Part shown: positions 10,049-20,445 of the stretch, in pieces
Layout of the letters: each line of letters opens with the position of its first letter
Position numbering within the stretch: position 1 is the stretch's first letter
Origin: Candidatus Latescibacterota bacterium
Lineage (GTDB): Bacteria; Krumholzibacteriota; Krumholzibacteriia; WVZY01
Direction of reading: 5' to 3'
Assembly: GCA_963791045.1 (NCBI GenBank)
Contig: CAWBQK010000007.1
Span: forward strand, 128,001-192,000
Length of the DNA: 64,000 bases
Program-made: the position numbers and the translations under genes
Notes under the pieces: model-generated
What the model was told of the DNA's origin: nothing
What the model saw: only the letters and a program-made list of their open reading frames with translations
The model's database searches: none

Positions 10049-10850
10049 TTTTCAGCTCCCCGATATTCGCGTTCCCGCCGATATGGCGCCCGAGGAGATG
10101 CCCGATCTTCTGAGGTACTGGTATCTGGGGACGAGGGCACGAAATCACATGATGCTCCGGCGCTTTGCCGAAGTCGATGTCGAGGTAGGCCACGGCGAGG
10201 GGTCGAGGATTCTGGACATTGGGTCCGCGTGGGGTTACAACGTTCTCGCGCTCACGCGCGTGGTCGAGTCCGCCACGGGAATGGATCTCGTCGTCGATCA
10301 ATTCGAAGCAGGTGTCCGTATAGCCCGTGCGAATGACATGACACTATCGGTCATCGGCGCCGATGCGTCGGCGCTCCCGTTCGAGGACGGGAGTTTTACG
10401 GGAATCACCATGGTGGAAACGCTCGAACACATCTTTGAAGCCGATCGACCGCAGGCGATGCGCGAATGTCACCGCGTCCTGCGTAGCGGGGGGCGGCTTG
10501 TCCTATCGACGCCAAATGTGGGCAGCGCCGTCGAGAGGCTCAAACGGCTTGCCGTCCGATACCCGTGGATTCAACGCCGATTGCCGACAATGTGCTACCC
10601 GGCCGACGATATTGACCGGGCCGATTACCATCCCTACCAGTATCACCAGCCGTGGGCCGCGGACCGGATAAAAAGGGAGTTGGGTGAAGTGGGGTTTAAA
10701 GTATTGAAAACAAAGCAATTCCTGTTTGTGCTCAAAAACACGTCCGATAGAGCCTATCCGGTAGCGGTAGTCTTCGAGAAAATTCTCGAAAAAACACCAA
10801 TTCTGAATGGTTTCGCGGCCACGGTATGCGTTGTGGCGGAGAAAATCTAA
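10041..10850 (+). CDS. Class I SAM-dependent methyltransferase
   Basis: 'ILDIGSAWG', 'DASALPFEDGSF', 'ETLEHI', 'RVLRSGG.L.LSTPN'. Confidence 0.88.
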   Translation: MTDFQLPDIRVPADMAPEEMPDLLRYWYLGTRARNHMMLRRFAEVDVEVGHGEGSRILDIGSAWGYNVLALTRVVESATGMDLVVDQFEAGVRIARANDMTLSVIGADASALPFEDGSFTGITMVETLEHIFEADRPQAMRECHRVLRSGGRLVLSTPNVGSAVERLKRLAVRYPWIQRRLPTMCYPADDIDRADYHPYQYHQPWAADRIKRELGEVGFKVLKTKQFLFVLKNTSDRAYPVAVVFEKILEKTPILNGFAATVCVVAEKI

Positions 10851-10968
10851 CTATATATATTTGAATGAGTTGCAGGAGTGTCCGTCGACGATTCGTTGGC
10901 GGATTTTCTTTTGTGGCGGATTGAGGGCATTTTTTTTACGAAAAAACCCTAAAAACTCCGTTTTGGGC

Positions 10969-10997
10969 TTGACCGATCCCAAAAATGCCCGTAATCT
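10969..10997 (+). promoter_or_regulatory. Sigma70-type promoter of the dcw cluster
   Basis: TTGACC-N17-TAATCT about 70 nt upstream of mraZ. Confidence 0.6.
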
Positions 10998-11067
10998 GAC
11001 GTCATTGTGGTGGTCAGTCCCAATTTTGTTAGAGCTTGATCGTTAAAGCGGAAATATTCTCAGATAA

Positions 11068-11511
11068 ATGAATAACTACTTCAACGAGAAGAATCTGCAT
11101 TCGATTGATTCTAAAGGTCGTATCCTCCTTCCCAAAGAAATACGCGACCATTTACGGATCAAGAAAGGGGACGCGCTCCATCTCGTCCCGAATCTTTCCG
11201 GCCCATTATACATCGAAATCCGTACTGCGGCCCAGTGGAAAACCTACCGTGAAGGCCTGCGCGATCTCGAGGCCGGTGAGAAGAAAAAGGACTCCTACCG
11301 CTACGCTACCATGCTTCAGGAAACGGCAACCATGGATGGGCAGGGACGGGTGCTACTGCCGCAGAGGATCCGCGAACTGTGCAAAGTCGTGGATCTGGTC
11401 GCGGTCATCAACATGGACGAGTATGTCGAAGTGTGGGCCAAGGCGAACCTGGAACAGAAATACTCCGATATGGTCAAAGCGTTCAAGGAACTCAACGATC
11501 GGATGTTCTGA
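11068..11511 (+). CDS. mraZ: Division/cell wall cluster transcriptional regulator MraZ
   Basis: Two 'D.KGRI.LP'/'DGQGRVLLP' repeats; first gene of the dcw cluster. Confidence 0.9.
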   Translation: MNNYFNEKNLHSIDSKGRILLPKEIRDHLRIKKGDALHLVPNLSGPLYIEIRTAAQWKTYREGLRDLEAGEKKKDSYRYATMLQETATMDGQGRVLLPQRIRELCKVVDLVAVINMDEYVEVWAKANLEQKYSDMVKAFKELNDRMF

Positions 11512-11565
11512 TGAGCCGGAGTGTCGCCCGCACATCAACTGCACAAACTTTTACGGGAGAAACCG

Positions 11566-12492
11566 ATGGATCACGTGCCTGTTATGGTCAGGGAAGTGAA
11601 TCGGTATCTTCTGCACGAGCGCTCCAGGCTTGTGCTCGATGGAACATTGGGCTGTGGTGGTCACTCGCAGGCGATTCTGGATGCGAGTCCCGGTGTTTCC
11701 ATAATCGGTGTGGATCCGGATGGTCAGGCGCTTCAGAAGGCCAAGCAAGTTCTCGGAGCCTACGGAGAACGAGTTCGGCTGGTTCAGGCGAGCTACACCG
11801 ACCTGGGGGCGGTTGTCGCTCTGGGGGACCGGCTCGACGGGGCGCTACTCGACCTTGGGGTCTCGAGCCTTCAAATAGACGAGCCGTCACGCGGGTTTAG
11901 CTATTCGAAGGACGGGCCGCTCGACATGCGGATGTCGGGGTCGGGATCCACTGCAGCGGAACTTATCGAAACTACAAGTGAGACGGAGCTTGCCCGGATG
12001 TTGAAGCAATACGGCGAGGTTACACGCCCGGCGAGAATTGCACGGTCGATAAAAGCCGCCTCGAAAGAGGGCCGGCTGTCGACCACGTCTTCGCTGAAGG
12101 AAGCCATCGACGATGCGCTCAGCGGCAACGCGGCTCCCGGGTTGCTCAGCAAAGTGTTTCAGGCGATTCGAATCGCGCTCAACGGAGAGCTCGAGAACAT
12201 CAAGCGTTTCCTTGATTCGATTCTGGACTATACGAACGCCGATGCGCGTCTTGTGTTCATCAGCTACCACTCGTTGGAAGATTCGTTGATAAAGGAATTT
12301 CTTCGACGGGAGAGCAGTAGTTGTTTGTGCCCGACCGCCGCGCCGGTGTGTGTGTGCGATCACGAAGCCTCTGTCGAGATCCTGACCCGGCGTGTGGTCA
12401 AGTCTTCAGACGAAGAAATTGCCGAAAATCCGCGGTCGAGGAGCGCAAAGCTCAGAGCCGCACGTGTGTTGAAACGGGGAGAACCACGGTGA
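11566..12492 (+). CDS. rsmH: 16S rRNA m4C1402 methyltransferase RsmH
   Basis: 'HVPVM', 'DGTLG.GGHS', 'DLGVSS.Q', 'ISYHSLED', 'NPRSRSAKLR'. Confidence 0.96.
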   Translation: MDHVPVMVREVNRYLLHERSRLVLDGTLGCGGHSQAILDASPGVSIIGVDPDGQALQKAKQVLGAYGERVRLVQASYTDLGAVVALGDRLDGALLDLGVSSLQIDEPSRGFSYSKDGPLDMRMSGSGSTAAELIETTSETELARMLKQYGEVTRPARIARSIKAASKEGRLSTTSSLKEAIDDALSGNAAPGLLSKVFQAIRIALNGELENIKRFLDSILDYTNADARLVFISYHSLEDSLIKEFLRRESSSCLCPTAAPVCVCDHEASVEILTRRVVKSSDEEIAENPRSRSAKLRAARVLKRGEPR

Positions 12493-12935
12493 AAAAAGAG
12501 ACCAGGGGCAACATCTACAGGGGTTTCAGCCGGACGCTGATTTCGGCGCTGACCGGCCAGGCGAGAATCAGCGTGACGATTTTTGTCTACGCTGTTGTCG
12601 CCGTGCTTCTCCTCACGTACGTGTCCGCTCAGGTGTACGCGGATGTCCTCCGCCAGGAGATTGCCGTGTTCAAGCAAGAGCGATGCGATCTCAAAGAAGA
12701 CCTGAACATGTTGACGAGCGAATACGTTACCAATTCGTCGAGGATCCGCGTGTCGCGGTACTGCGAGAAAAAACTCGGGATGATCAAGGCGGGCGGCGAA
12801 AGCCTCGAAATTTTCGCCGTGGAGGATATCAATAATGGGTTTGCCATACCCGTCGAACTTACGAAAAGACAACGAGCAATACCTTCTGCCTATCGTTACA
12901 CGCTTCGTCGATGTGACGAGAATCTAGGACAATGA
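12489..12935 (+). CDS. ftsL: Cell division protein FtsL-like
   Basis: Single TM segment, coiled coil and 'KLGM'; position between rsmH and ftsI; GTGA overlap. Confidence 0.7.
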   Translation: MKKETRGNIYRGFSRTLISALTGQARISVTIFVYAVVAVLLLTYVSAQVYADVLRQEIAVFKQERCDLKEDLNMLTSEYVTNSSRIRVSRYCEKKLGMIKAGGESLEIFAVEDINNGFAIPVELTKRQRAIPSAYRYTLRRCDENLGQ

Positions 12936-15043
12936 GCAAAAAGAAAAAGAACTTCCGCTTATATATTGTCGGTGGTGCTTTTGTTCTGATATCAATGGTC
13001 CTCTGGGGACGGCTCGTCCAGGTCCAGGTGTTCGGGCGCGCCCACTACAGCGAACTCGCCGGAGATCAAGGAAAACACACAAAGACGATTCCCGCCGTTC
13101 GAGGCGGCATATTTGACCGGGCTGGAAGACCGCTCGCTCTCAGCATCCACTCTTGTTCCATATCGATCAGCCCCAAAGAAATCGAACACCCCGACCAGGT
13201 CGCCGATATCCTCGCCAAACGGCTTTCGGTCTCCAAACGAAACATCCGTGACGGTATCCGGTCGGGAAAATCTTTCGTATGGGTCAAGAGGCAGTGTTCG
13301 TTGACAAAAGACGTTCAGCGGCAGCTTCGCTCTATTAGAGGCGTTGGAGTTCACCGCGAGGCCGACCGCGTGTATCCGTACGGATGTACTGCGGCGAAGA
13401 TCGTCGGGTTCGTGGGACACGACAGCAAAGGCATGGCGGGGATCGAAGCGGCGTACGACGCCGAACTGAGAGGCGAGCCCGGTTGGGAGGAAGTGCAACA
13501 GGACGGCGCCAACCGGTCACGCGGATATCATACTTATGCAAGCAAGAAGCCCAGGAACGGCAAACACGTGTTTTTGACCATCGACGCGCGGCTCCAGGAA
13601 ATAGCCGAGATGGAGCTCGAGGGAGCCATCAAAAAGACAGGGGCCCGTGCGGGAACCGTTGTTTTGATGCACTGCAAAACGGGAGAAATCCTGGCATTGG
13701 CCGAATATCCGTCGGCGCGGTCGCGTTCGGGCCGGTCGCTGGCGGACTCGTTGTGGACGATCCGTTCGATTTCATGCGTTTACGAACCGGGGTCAACATT
13801 CAAACTCGTTACTGCCGCCGCACTCCTCGAAACCAAGAAGGTGCGGTCATTCGACGTGTTCGACGGGGAGAACGGCCGGGCCGACATGGATGTGGCCGTG
13901 ATTTCGGACGCGCATCCATTCAAAGAACTCACATTCAGGGACGGATTTGTTCAGTCGAGCAATATTGTAATGGCGAAGGCGGCCTTGAAGCTGAAACCGT
14001 TCGAATTCATGAAGTTCGTGCGGCTGTTTGGTTTCGGGGAAAAACTGGGAATCGAACTTTTTGGGGAATCTCCGGGGCAAGTTGTTCCCCTGGACGACTG
14101 GTCGAAACGCACTCAGATCACGATGGCGTTTGGCCAGGAGATCGCCGTGACTCCTCTTCAGCTGGTAAACGCTTTTGCCGCCGTTGCCAACAACGGCGTG
14201 CTTCCCATGCCGAGGGTCGTCCGGGCCGTGGCGGATGAAAACACCGGGGAGACCGAGGAGACCGAAATGGTCGAGCTTCGGAAAGTGATTTCGAAAAATA
14301 CGGCGAAAAAATTGAGGGAATACTGCAGAGCCGTGGTGACCGAAGGGACGGGGACCGCGGCCGGGCTCGAATTCTTGACGACCGCCGGCAAAACCGGAAC
14401 TGCTCAAAAAGCCTCGCCAAACGGCGGATATCTCGAGAGGAGATTCGTTTCGAGTTTTGTGGGGTTCGCGCCGGCAGACGAGCCGGAGGTAGTGTGTCTC
14501 GTGACGCTCGACGAGCCCAGCTTCAAATACAGATTTGGCGGCGTGTCCGCCGCCCCCGTGTTTGCGAGGATCTCGGAGGCTATCGCCGCATCGTCTCACA
14601 TTTTTGACGACGAGCTCACAACCACCCGGCTTGGACTGGAACAATCCGAGGGGCAGTGGTTCGAGGCCCCGAATTTCTTGAGGTTGAGCCGCGAAGCGGC
14701 GATGGAGCGGGCAAGGATGTTCGATCTGAATCTTCTTTGCAAGGGCGAGGGCGGCGAAGTCATCGCGCAGGAGCCCGACCCGGGCGTGGCGATGGACAGG
14801 GATGAAGTCCTTCGCGTGTACCTTAGTCCCAGCGCCGACAAGTCGAAAAACCGGAAGGCTCCGGATCTGCGGGGGCTATCGCTTCGCGCGGCAAAACGTC
14901 GTGCCGCAGAATTTGGTCTCAAATGCGATATCGTCGGCAGCGGTTATGTCTCAAAGCAAAAACCATCGCCGGGTGGTGTGTCGAAGAACGGCGTTATACG
15001 GGTGTACTGCAAGAGCGCGACAAACAAAAACCGAACAGGCTGA
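12932..15043 (+). CDS. ftsI: Peptidoglycan transpeptidase FtsI/PBP3 with C-terminal PASTA domains
   Basis: 'RG.IFDR.G', 'EPGSTFK' (SxxK), 'SSN', 'KTGTAQK', two PASTA-like repeats. Confidence 0.93.
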   Translation: MSKKKKNFRLYIVGGAFVLISMVLWGRLVQVQVFGRAHYSELAGDQGKHTKTIPAVRGGIFDRAGRPLALSIHSCSISISPKEIEHPDQVADILAKRLSVSKRNIRDGIRSGKSFVWVKRQCSLTKDVQRQLRSIRGVGVHREADRVYPYGCTAAKIVGFVGHDSKGMAGIEAAYDAELRGEPGWEEVQQDGANRSRGYHTYASKKPRNGKHVFLTIDARLQEIAEMELEGAIKKTGARAGTVVLMHCKTGEILALAEYPSARSRSGRSLADSLWTIRSISCVYEPGSTFKLVTAAALLETKKVRSFDVFDGENGRADMDVAVISDAHPFKELTFRDGFVQSSNIVMAKAALKLKPFEFMKFVRLFGFGEKLGIELFGESPGQVVPLDDWSKRTQITMAFGQEIAVTPLQLVNAFAAVANNGVLPMPRVVRAVADENTGETEETEMVELRKVISKNTAKKLREYCRAVVTEGTGTAAGLEFLTTAGKTGTAQKASPNGGYLERRFVSSFVGFAPADEPEVVCLVTLDEPSFKYRFGGVSAAPVFARISEAIAASSHIFDDELTTTRLGLEQSEGQWFEAPNFLRLSREAAMERARMFDLNLLCKGEGGEVIAQEPDPGVAMDRDEVLRVYLSPSADKSKNRKAPDLRGLSLRAAKRRAAEFGLKCDIVGSGYVSKQKPSPGGVSKNGVIRVYCKSATNKNRTG

Positions 15044-15078
15044 GACAGGCCGTGCAAACAGAATACGGAAAACGAATC

Positions 15079-16575
15079 ATGGCGCGTGACATTCAACTGG
15101 CCCAACTCATCGCGAGACTTGACGACGCGCATGTCCATGACATGCAAGACGTTTCGATCTCGAGCGTCACCAGTGATTCGAGAAAGGTTGAGCAGGGGGC
15201 CCTCTTTGTGGCGACAAAGGGCGGTCAAACGGACGGGCACAGCTTCATTGATGGCGCGTTGGCAAGAGGCGCCGCAGCGGTAGTTTCTGAGAGGCGTGTG
15301 CCCGTCCGCGGAAAACCCAATATTGTGGTGGACGACTCGACGCGGGCCCTTGCCGAGTTGGCGTCGGAGTTTTTTGGCAACCCATCCAGCGATCTTTTCG
15401 TGATCGGGATTACGGGAACGAATGGCAAGACGTCAACCACACACCTGCTCCGCGCAATTTGTGACAATTCAACATGGGGAAAGGTCGGTGTCGTCGGAAC
15501 CGTCGGACACGGCGTTGGGGCGCGGCTCGAAGAGAGTTCGCACACCACGCCGGAGCCGGTGACGCTTCACCGATTGTTCGCCGGGATGAAAGCTCAAGGG
15601 TGTCGCGGGGTGGTCATGGAAGTCAGTTCTCATGCGGTAAAACAGCAACGAACATGGGGAGTGGATTTCTCAATCGGGATGCTTACAAACATTACCCGTG
15701 ACCACCTCGACTACCACCCTTCGTTTGAGGACTACGTCGACACCAAGCGAGGGTTTTGCCTGTCGCTGGAGTCGCCGGGGCGGTCCAAAGAGAATGGAAC
15801 GCTTGTCTATTCACTGGACAACGATCAGTCACGGAAAATCGGTGAAGAGTTCACCGGGAGAAAGGTCTCGATTAGCGCCGAACAGGCCGGCGACGTGTTC
15901 GCCACCGATGTTCGGGCGACGATTAATGGCACGCGGTTTACGCTCAATACAAAGGGCGAAGAACCGGTGGAGATCGATCTCAAGTTGTTGGGCACGTTCA
16001 GCGTATCCAACGCAGTAATGGCGGCGGCGGGAGCACGTTTACTAGGAATCAACCACAATCACATCAAGCAAGGTCTTGAATCGGTCAAACGGGTCCCTGG
16101 CCGTTTTGAGGCTATCGGTGGCGGCTCCCGCCCGCTCGTCATTATCGACTACAGCCATACTCCGGACAGCCTCGAATTGACGCTGTCATTTTGTCTCGGT
16201 CTGAACCCTGAAAGGTTGATCGCCGTGTTTGGTTGTGGCGGCGACCGCGATCGGGGGAAGCGGCCGATTATGGGAGAGATCGCACAGAGATTGTCAAACG
16301 TCTGTTTTGTGACCAGCGACAATCCACGAAGCGAGGATCCCCATGAAATTATCGACAACATTGTTGATGGGATGGATCGCCAGGCCAAAGGGTTTTTTGT
16401 GGAGATCGACAGACGCAAGGCGATCAGCCGCGCGATAGAGAGCGCGAAACCGGGCGACGTAGTTGCGATATGCGGTAAAGGTCACGAGGATTACCAGATA
16501 ATTGGATCGACCCGTCATCACTTTGACGACGCCGAGGAAGCAGGGAAGGCGCTGGAAACATGGAAAGCCCGTTGA
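15079..16575 (+). CDS. murE: UDP-MurNAc-dipeptide:meso-DAP ligase MurE
   Basis: 'GITGTNGKTS', 'MEVSSH', 'DYSHTPD', 'DNPR' (DAP-specific), 'GKGHE.YQ'. Confidence 0.95.
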   Translation: MARDIQLAQLIARLDDAHVHDMQDVSISSVTSDSRKVEQGALFVATKGGQTDGHSFIDGALARGAAAVVSERRVPVRGKPNIVVDDSTRALAELASEFFGNPSSDLFVIGITGTNGKTSTTHLLRAICDNSTWGKVGVVGTVGHGVGARLEESSHTTPEPVTLHRLFAGMKAQGCRGVVMEVSSHAVKQQRTWGVDFSIGMLTNITRDHLDYHPSFEDYVDTKRGFCLSLESPGRSKENGTLVYSLDNDQSRKIGEEFTGRKVSISAEQAGDVFATDVRATINGTRFTLNTKGEEPVEIDLKLLGTFSVSNAVMAAAGARLLGINHNHIKQGLESVKRVPGRFEAIGGGSRPLVIIDYSHTPDSLELTLSFCLGLNPERLIAVFGCGGDRDRGKRPIMGEIAQRLSNVCFVTSDNPRSEDPHEIIDNIVDGMDRQAKGFFVEIDRRKAISRAIESAKPGDVVAICGKGHEDYQIIGSTRHHFDDAEEAGKALETWKAR

Positions 16576-17966
16576 TGGAACGAACACTGACCTGGATAGA
16601 GCAGGTACTCGATTCGGGGGGGCTGCTCGTCGATTCGGACCTCCGCGACCGCGGCGCGGATCCGTGGTATGGAGCGTCGATCGACACGCGGTCGGATTGT
16701 GCCGGTCGGGTGTTTTTTGCGTTAAAGGGAGACAAGACCGACGGACACCGTTTCATCGAAGACGCGTATGCGAGCGGATGCTGCGCGGTGGTGATCGAGG
16801 ACAAACAGGCCGCCCGCACGGCTGCTCCGTGCTTGCTCGTCAACGACACCCTCGAGGCGCTTCAGGAACTTTCCCGTGCTTACAGGAATGCACTGGACAT
16901 GCGAGTTGTCGCCGTGACCGGGAGCATGGGAAAGACAACAACAAAAGAATACATCAAAACGATCCTGAAAAAGAAATACCGCATCCATTCGAACCCGGGG
17001 AATTTCAACAACCACATCGGTGTGCCGCTGACGGTGCTCGAAACCGATCCCGACAACGAGTACCTATTGTGCGAAGTGGCAGCAAATCATGTCGGTGAAA
17101 TCGAGTTTCTCAGCCGTCTTCTCAGGCCCGATGTCGGAGTTATAACCAATATTGGTGATGCCCACATCGGCCATTTCGGCAGTCGCGACAAAATTGCCGA
17201 GGCGAAGGCGGAGCTTTTCAAGGGTGTCGACGAGCAAGGATTCGCCGTTCTTCCCGCGGATGATGAGTTTCTCGGTCTTCTCACCGAGCGGGCCAACTGT
17301 CGTGTTGTGACATTTGGACGCGAGGAATCGAGCAACTACCGGATAGCCAATGTCGAGGAAACCGACGCCCAGATCACCTTCGACGTAAACGACGCTGCCA
17401 TGGCCATCAAGACTATTGGCCTCTACAACGTGTTGAACGCGGGAGCGGCATTCGCCGTCGGCGAATTGTGCGGAGTTGAAATTGAAGAGATCCAGGATGC
17501 TCTCGTCGAAACCGAACCGATACCGGGAAGGGCACAGGTTTGTCGCGTCGGCGGGACGGTTGTCATCGACGATTCGTACAACGCAAATCCCACGAGCATG
17601 CGCGCCGCGCTCGACGGTTTGAGCCGGTTGTCGGCAAAGAGAAAGATCGCCGTCCTGGGAGATATGGCGGAACTGGGGATATTTTCGGACCAGGCGCACC
17701 GCGATCTTGGAGTTTATGCCGCCGGATTGTCCATCGACGTCATCTACTGGTTCGGTGAGAACGGCGGCCTGGTCGGAGAGGGTCTCTCGAGTCAAGGTTC
17801 AAAGATGGCATTCGAGTCTTTTGGAAGCAGGGATGAGCTTGGGGCCAGGTTGGCGGATCAAACCGCGCCTGAAGATGTGATTCTCGTCAAGGCGTCGAGA
17901 TCGTGTCAGCTCGACAAGATCGTGAGCGGACTTCTCGACGCCGTCGCCGAACGAGGAAATAGCTGA
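16575..17966 (+). CDS. murF: UDP-MurNAc-tripeptide:D-Ala-D-Ala ligase MurF
   Basis: 'TGSMGKTTTKE', 'NN.IGVP.T', 'DSYNANP.SM', 'LGDMAELG', 'KASR'. Confidence 0.95.
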   Translation: MERTLTWIEQVLDSGGLLVDSDLRDRGADPWYGASIDTRSDCAGRVFFALKGDKTDGHRFIEDAYASGCCAVVIEDKQAARTAAPCLLVNDTLEALQELSRAYRNALDMRVVAVTGSMGKTTTKEYIKTILKKKYRIHSNPGNFNNHIGVPLTVLETDPDNEYLLCEVAANHVGEIEFLSRLLRPDVGVITNIGDAHIGHFGSRDKIAEAKAELFKGVDEQGFAVLPADDEFLGLLTERANCRVVTFGREESSNYRIANVEETDAQITFDVNDAAMAIKTIGLYNVLNAGAAFAVGELCGVEIEEIQDALVETEPIPGRAQVCRVGGTVVIDDSYNANPTSMRAALDGLSRLSAKRKIAVLGDMAELGIFSDQAHRDLGVYAAGLSIDVIYWFGENGGLVGEGLSSQGSKMAFESFGSRDELGARLADQTAPEDVILVKASRSCQLDKIVSGLLDAVAERGNS

Positions 17967-19051
17967 TGCTTTACCACCTTCTTTATCCTCTTCATGAGTA
18001 TTTTTCCGCACTCAACGTGTTCAGGTACATCACGTTCAGGGCGGCGTACGCAACGGTGACGGCTCTGTTGATCAGTTTTCTTCTCGGCCCATGGTTTATT
18101 CGTTTTCTCAGAAGACGGCAGATTTCCGAGGATATCCGAGCGGATGGCCCGAAGTCGCACGAGACAAAAAGGGGAACGCCCACGATGGGAGGGCTTCTGA
18201 TCCTCGCCGCGATTTTTGTCCCGGTGCTTCTCTGGTGCAATCTTGCGAATCCCTACATCCAGATAACGCTGCTTACGACCTTTTGGATGGGGGTCATTGG
18301 ATTCGTTGACGATTATCTCAGCGTCGTGAAGAAAAGACCGAAGGGGCTGGTCGGCCGTTACAAACTGATCGGCCAGGTAACCTATGGGTTGGCCCTTGGG
18401 GCCGTTCTCTACTTTCATCCCATTCAACCGGATGTGGGCGCGCTGACCAGTATTCCGTTTATGAAGGGACTCTTTATCAACTTCGGTTGGTTTTACATCG
18501 TCCTGGTGATGCTGGTGGTCACGGCGACAAGCAACGCGGTCAACCTCACCGATGGGATCGATGGTCTCGCGATCGGCCTCTGCGCGTTTTGTTTTGTTGG
18601 TTTTGCCGGCCTTGCCTACCTCGGCGGCCATAAGGGTTTTTCGAATTATCTCAATATTCTTTACCTCGAAGGAAGCGGGGAGCTGGCCATCTATTGTATG
18701 GCGGTCGTCGGAGCGTCACTGGGGTTCCTTTGGTACAACACGCATCCTGCCCAGATTTTTATGGGAGACACCGGGTCGCTCGCGCTTGGAGGCGCGCTCG
18801 GTGTTGTGGGGCTGCTCCTCAAACGTGAATTCCTGCTGCTCGTCATCGGCGGACTTTTTGTCGCCGAGGTTCTCAGCGTCATCATCCAGGTGACCTATTT
18901 CAAACTGAGAAAAAAGCGGGTGTTCAAGATGTCGCCGCTCCACCACCACTTCGAGTTGAGCGGTTGGTCCGAACAAAAGATCGTGGTCAGGTTCTGGATT
19001 ATCGCGTCGCTGCTTACACTGTTGAGTCTTAGTACGTTGAAGCTCCAGTAA
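17966..19051 (+). CDS. mraY: Phospho-MurNAc-pentapeptide transferase MraY
   Basis: 'KRGTPTMGG', 'NAVNLTDGIDGL', 'FMGDTGS', 'PLHHHFE'. Confidence 0.97.
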   Translation: MLYHLLYPLHEYFSALNVFRYITFRAAYATVTALLISFLLGPWFIRFLRRRQISEDIRADGPKSHETKRGTPTMGGLLILAAIFVPVLLWCNLANPYIQITLLTTFWMGVIGFVDDYLSVVKKRPKGLVGRYKLIGQVTYGLALGAVLYFHPIQPDVGALTSIPFMKGLFINFGWFYIVLVMLVVTATSNAVNLTDGIDGLAIGLCAFCFVGFAGLAYLGGHKGFSNYLNILYLEGSGELAIYCMAVVGASLGFLWYNTHPAQIFMGDTGSLALGGALGVVGLLLKREFLLLVIGGLFVAEVLSVIIQVTYFKLRKKRVFKMSPLHHHFELSGWSEQKIVVRFWIIASLLTLLSLSTLKLQ

Positions 19052-19063
19052 CCGGGGGTTGGA

Positions 19064-20422
19064 TTGGGACTTCTTAACAACGAGAATTTCCTGGTTTTTG
19101 GTCTTGGCAAAAGCGGGAAGGCCGTGGCTCGGCTTCTCGCCGCCAGTGGCAAGCGGGTCGCCGTCTCCGACGACTCCGTGGCGGCCGTCGCCGAGTCGAT
19201 CGAATCAAGGGAGTACGGTGAATTTACCGACAAGATCGCGGCCTTTGCCGCCCCGGATGCAGCGGACGCGCTTTCCGGAACCGACGTGCTCGTGGTGAGC
19301 CCGGGTGTCCCACTCGAACATGAACTGATTCGGCGTGCGGCCGCTGAGGGAATCCCCGTCGTGGGCGAAATCGAGATTGCGTACGGGTTCTGCCATTGTC
19401 CGATTATCGGGGTGACCGGCACAAACGGCAAATCGACCGTCGTCAAAGTCATCGGGGCGATTCTTGACGCGGCGAAAAAGAAGAACGTGGTTGCGGGTAA
19501 TATCGGAACACCTTTTTCGAGCGTCGTTGCCGACGGCGAGGAGTATGAAGTCGTCACGCTGGAGCTCAGCAGTTTTCAGCTGGACACGATTGACAATTTC
19601 AAATGCGACGTTGCCGTTTTGCTCAACGTCACGGCGGATCATCTCGACCGATACGGCGACAGCTTTGATGAATACTCGCGATCGAAGGCAAGGATTCTAA
19701 ACCGGGCTCAGGCCGAAACCGTTTTTGTGTATAACGCCGAAGATCCGGCGTGCAAGGCGATCGCTGAAGAACATGACGGTCTGCAAATCCCCTTTAGTTC
19801 GGAAAAGGTTCTCGCGCGGGGCGTGTTTGCCAAGGATGAATTCATCGTCCGGAGCAGTGGAGGAGTTGAAGAGCCCCTCATCGCGATTGCTGATTTCCCG
19901 CCGGTCGGTGTTCACAATCTCGAGAACGCGCTCGCGGCGGTGGCCGCGGTGACTCCGTTTGATATCGACAAAGCAAGCATACGGGATGCGTTGGCGAGTT
20001 ACACGCCGCTTGCGCACCGGATGGAGCCGGTTCGAACGGTCGGTGGTGTCGAATACATCAACGATTCGAAGGCGACGAATGTCGACGCGACAATCAAGAG
20101 TCTTCGCAGTGTCGACGGAAATGTCGTCTTGATTATCGGTGGACTCGACAAGAACGGCGATTTCAAACCGCTTCTTGATTATGTCGATCGTTTGCGCCGG
20201 GTCATCCTTATCGGGTCCGCCCGTGACAAAATCCGACGGGTCCTGGAGGGAAAATGTGAATTGTCCGAATCGGAAACCCTCGAGGACGCCGTCCTTGAAG
20301 CGGCGAAGGCGGCGGCGCGCGGCGACACTGTTCTTCTTGCGCCTGCCTGTGCAAGCTTCGATATGTTCAAGAGTTACGCGGATCGAGGTGAGGTGTTTCG
20401 TTCCGCGGTGAACGCACTGTGA
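19064..20422 (+). CDS. murD: UDP-MurNAc-L-Ala:D-Glu ligase MurD
   Basis: 'GLGKSG', 'VSPGVP', 'TGTNGKST', 'ELSSFQL', 'NDSKATN', 'PACASFDMF..Y..RG'. Confidence 0.95.
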   Translation: MGLLNNENFLVFGLGKSGKAVARLLAASGKRVAVSDDSVAAVAESIESREYGEFTDKIAAFAAPDAADALSGTDVLVVSPGVPLEHELIRRAAAEGIPVVGEIEIAYGFCHCPIIGVTGTNGKSTVVKVIGAILDAAKKKNVVAGNIGTPFSSVVADGEEYEVVTLELSSFQLDTIDNFKCDVAVLLNVTADHLDRYGDSFDEYSRSKARILNRAQAETVFVYNAEDPACKAIAEEHDGLQIPFSSEKVLARGVFAKDEFIVRSSGGVEEPLIAIADFPPVGVHNLENALAAVAAVTPFDIDKASIRDALASYTPLAHRMEPVRTVGGVEYINDSKATNVDATIKSLRSVDGNVVLIIGGLDKNGDFKPLLDYVDRLRRVILIGSARDKIRRVLEGKCELSESETLEDAVLEAAKAAARGDTVLLAPACASFDMFKSYADRGEVFRSAVNAL

Positions 20423-20445
20423 AGTAAAAACGACGAAGGACAACG

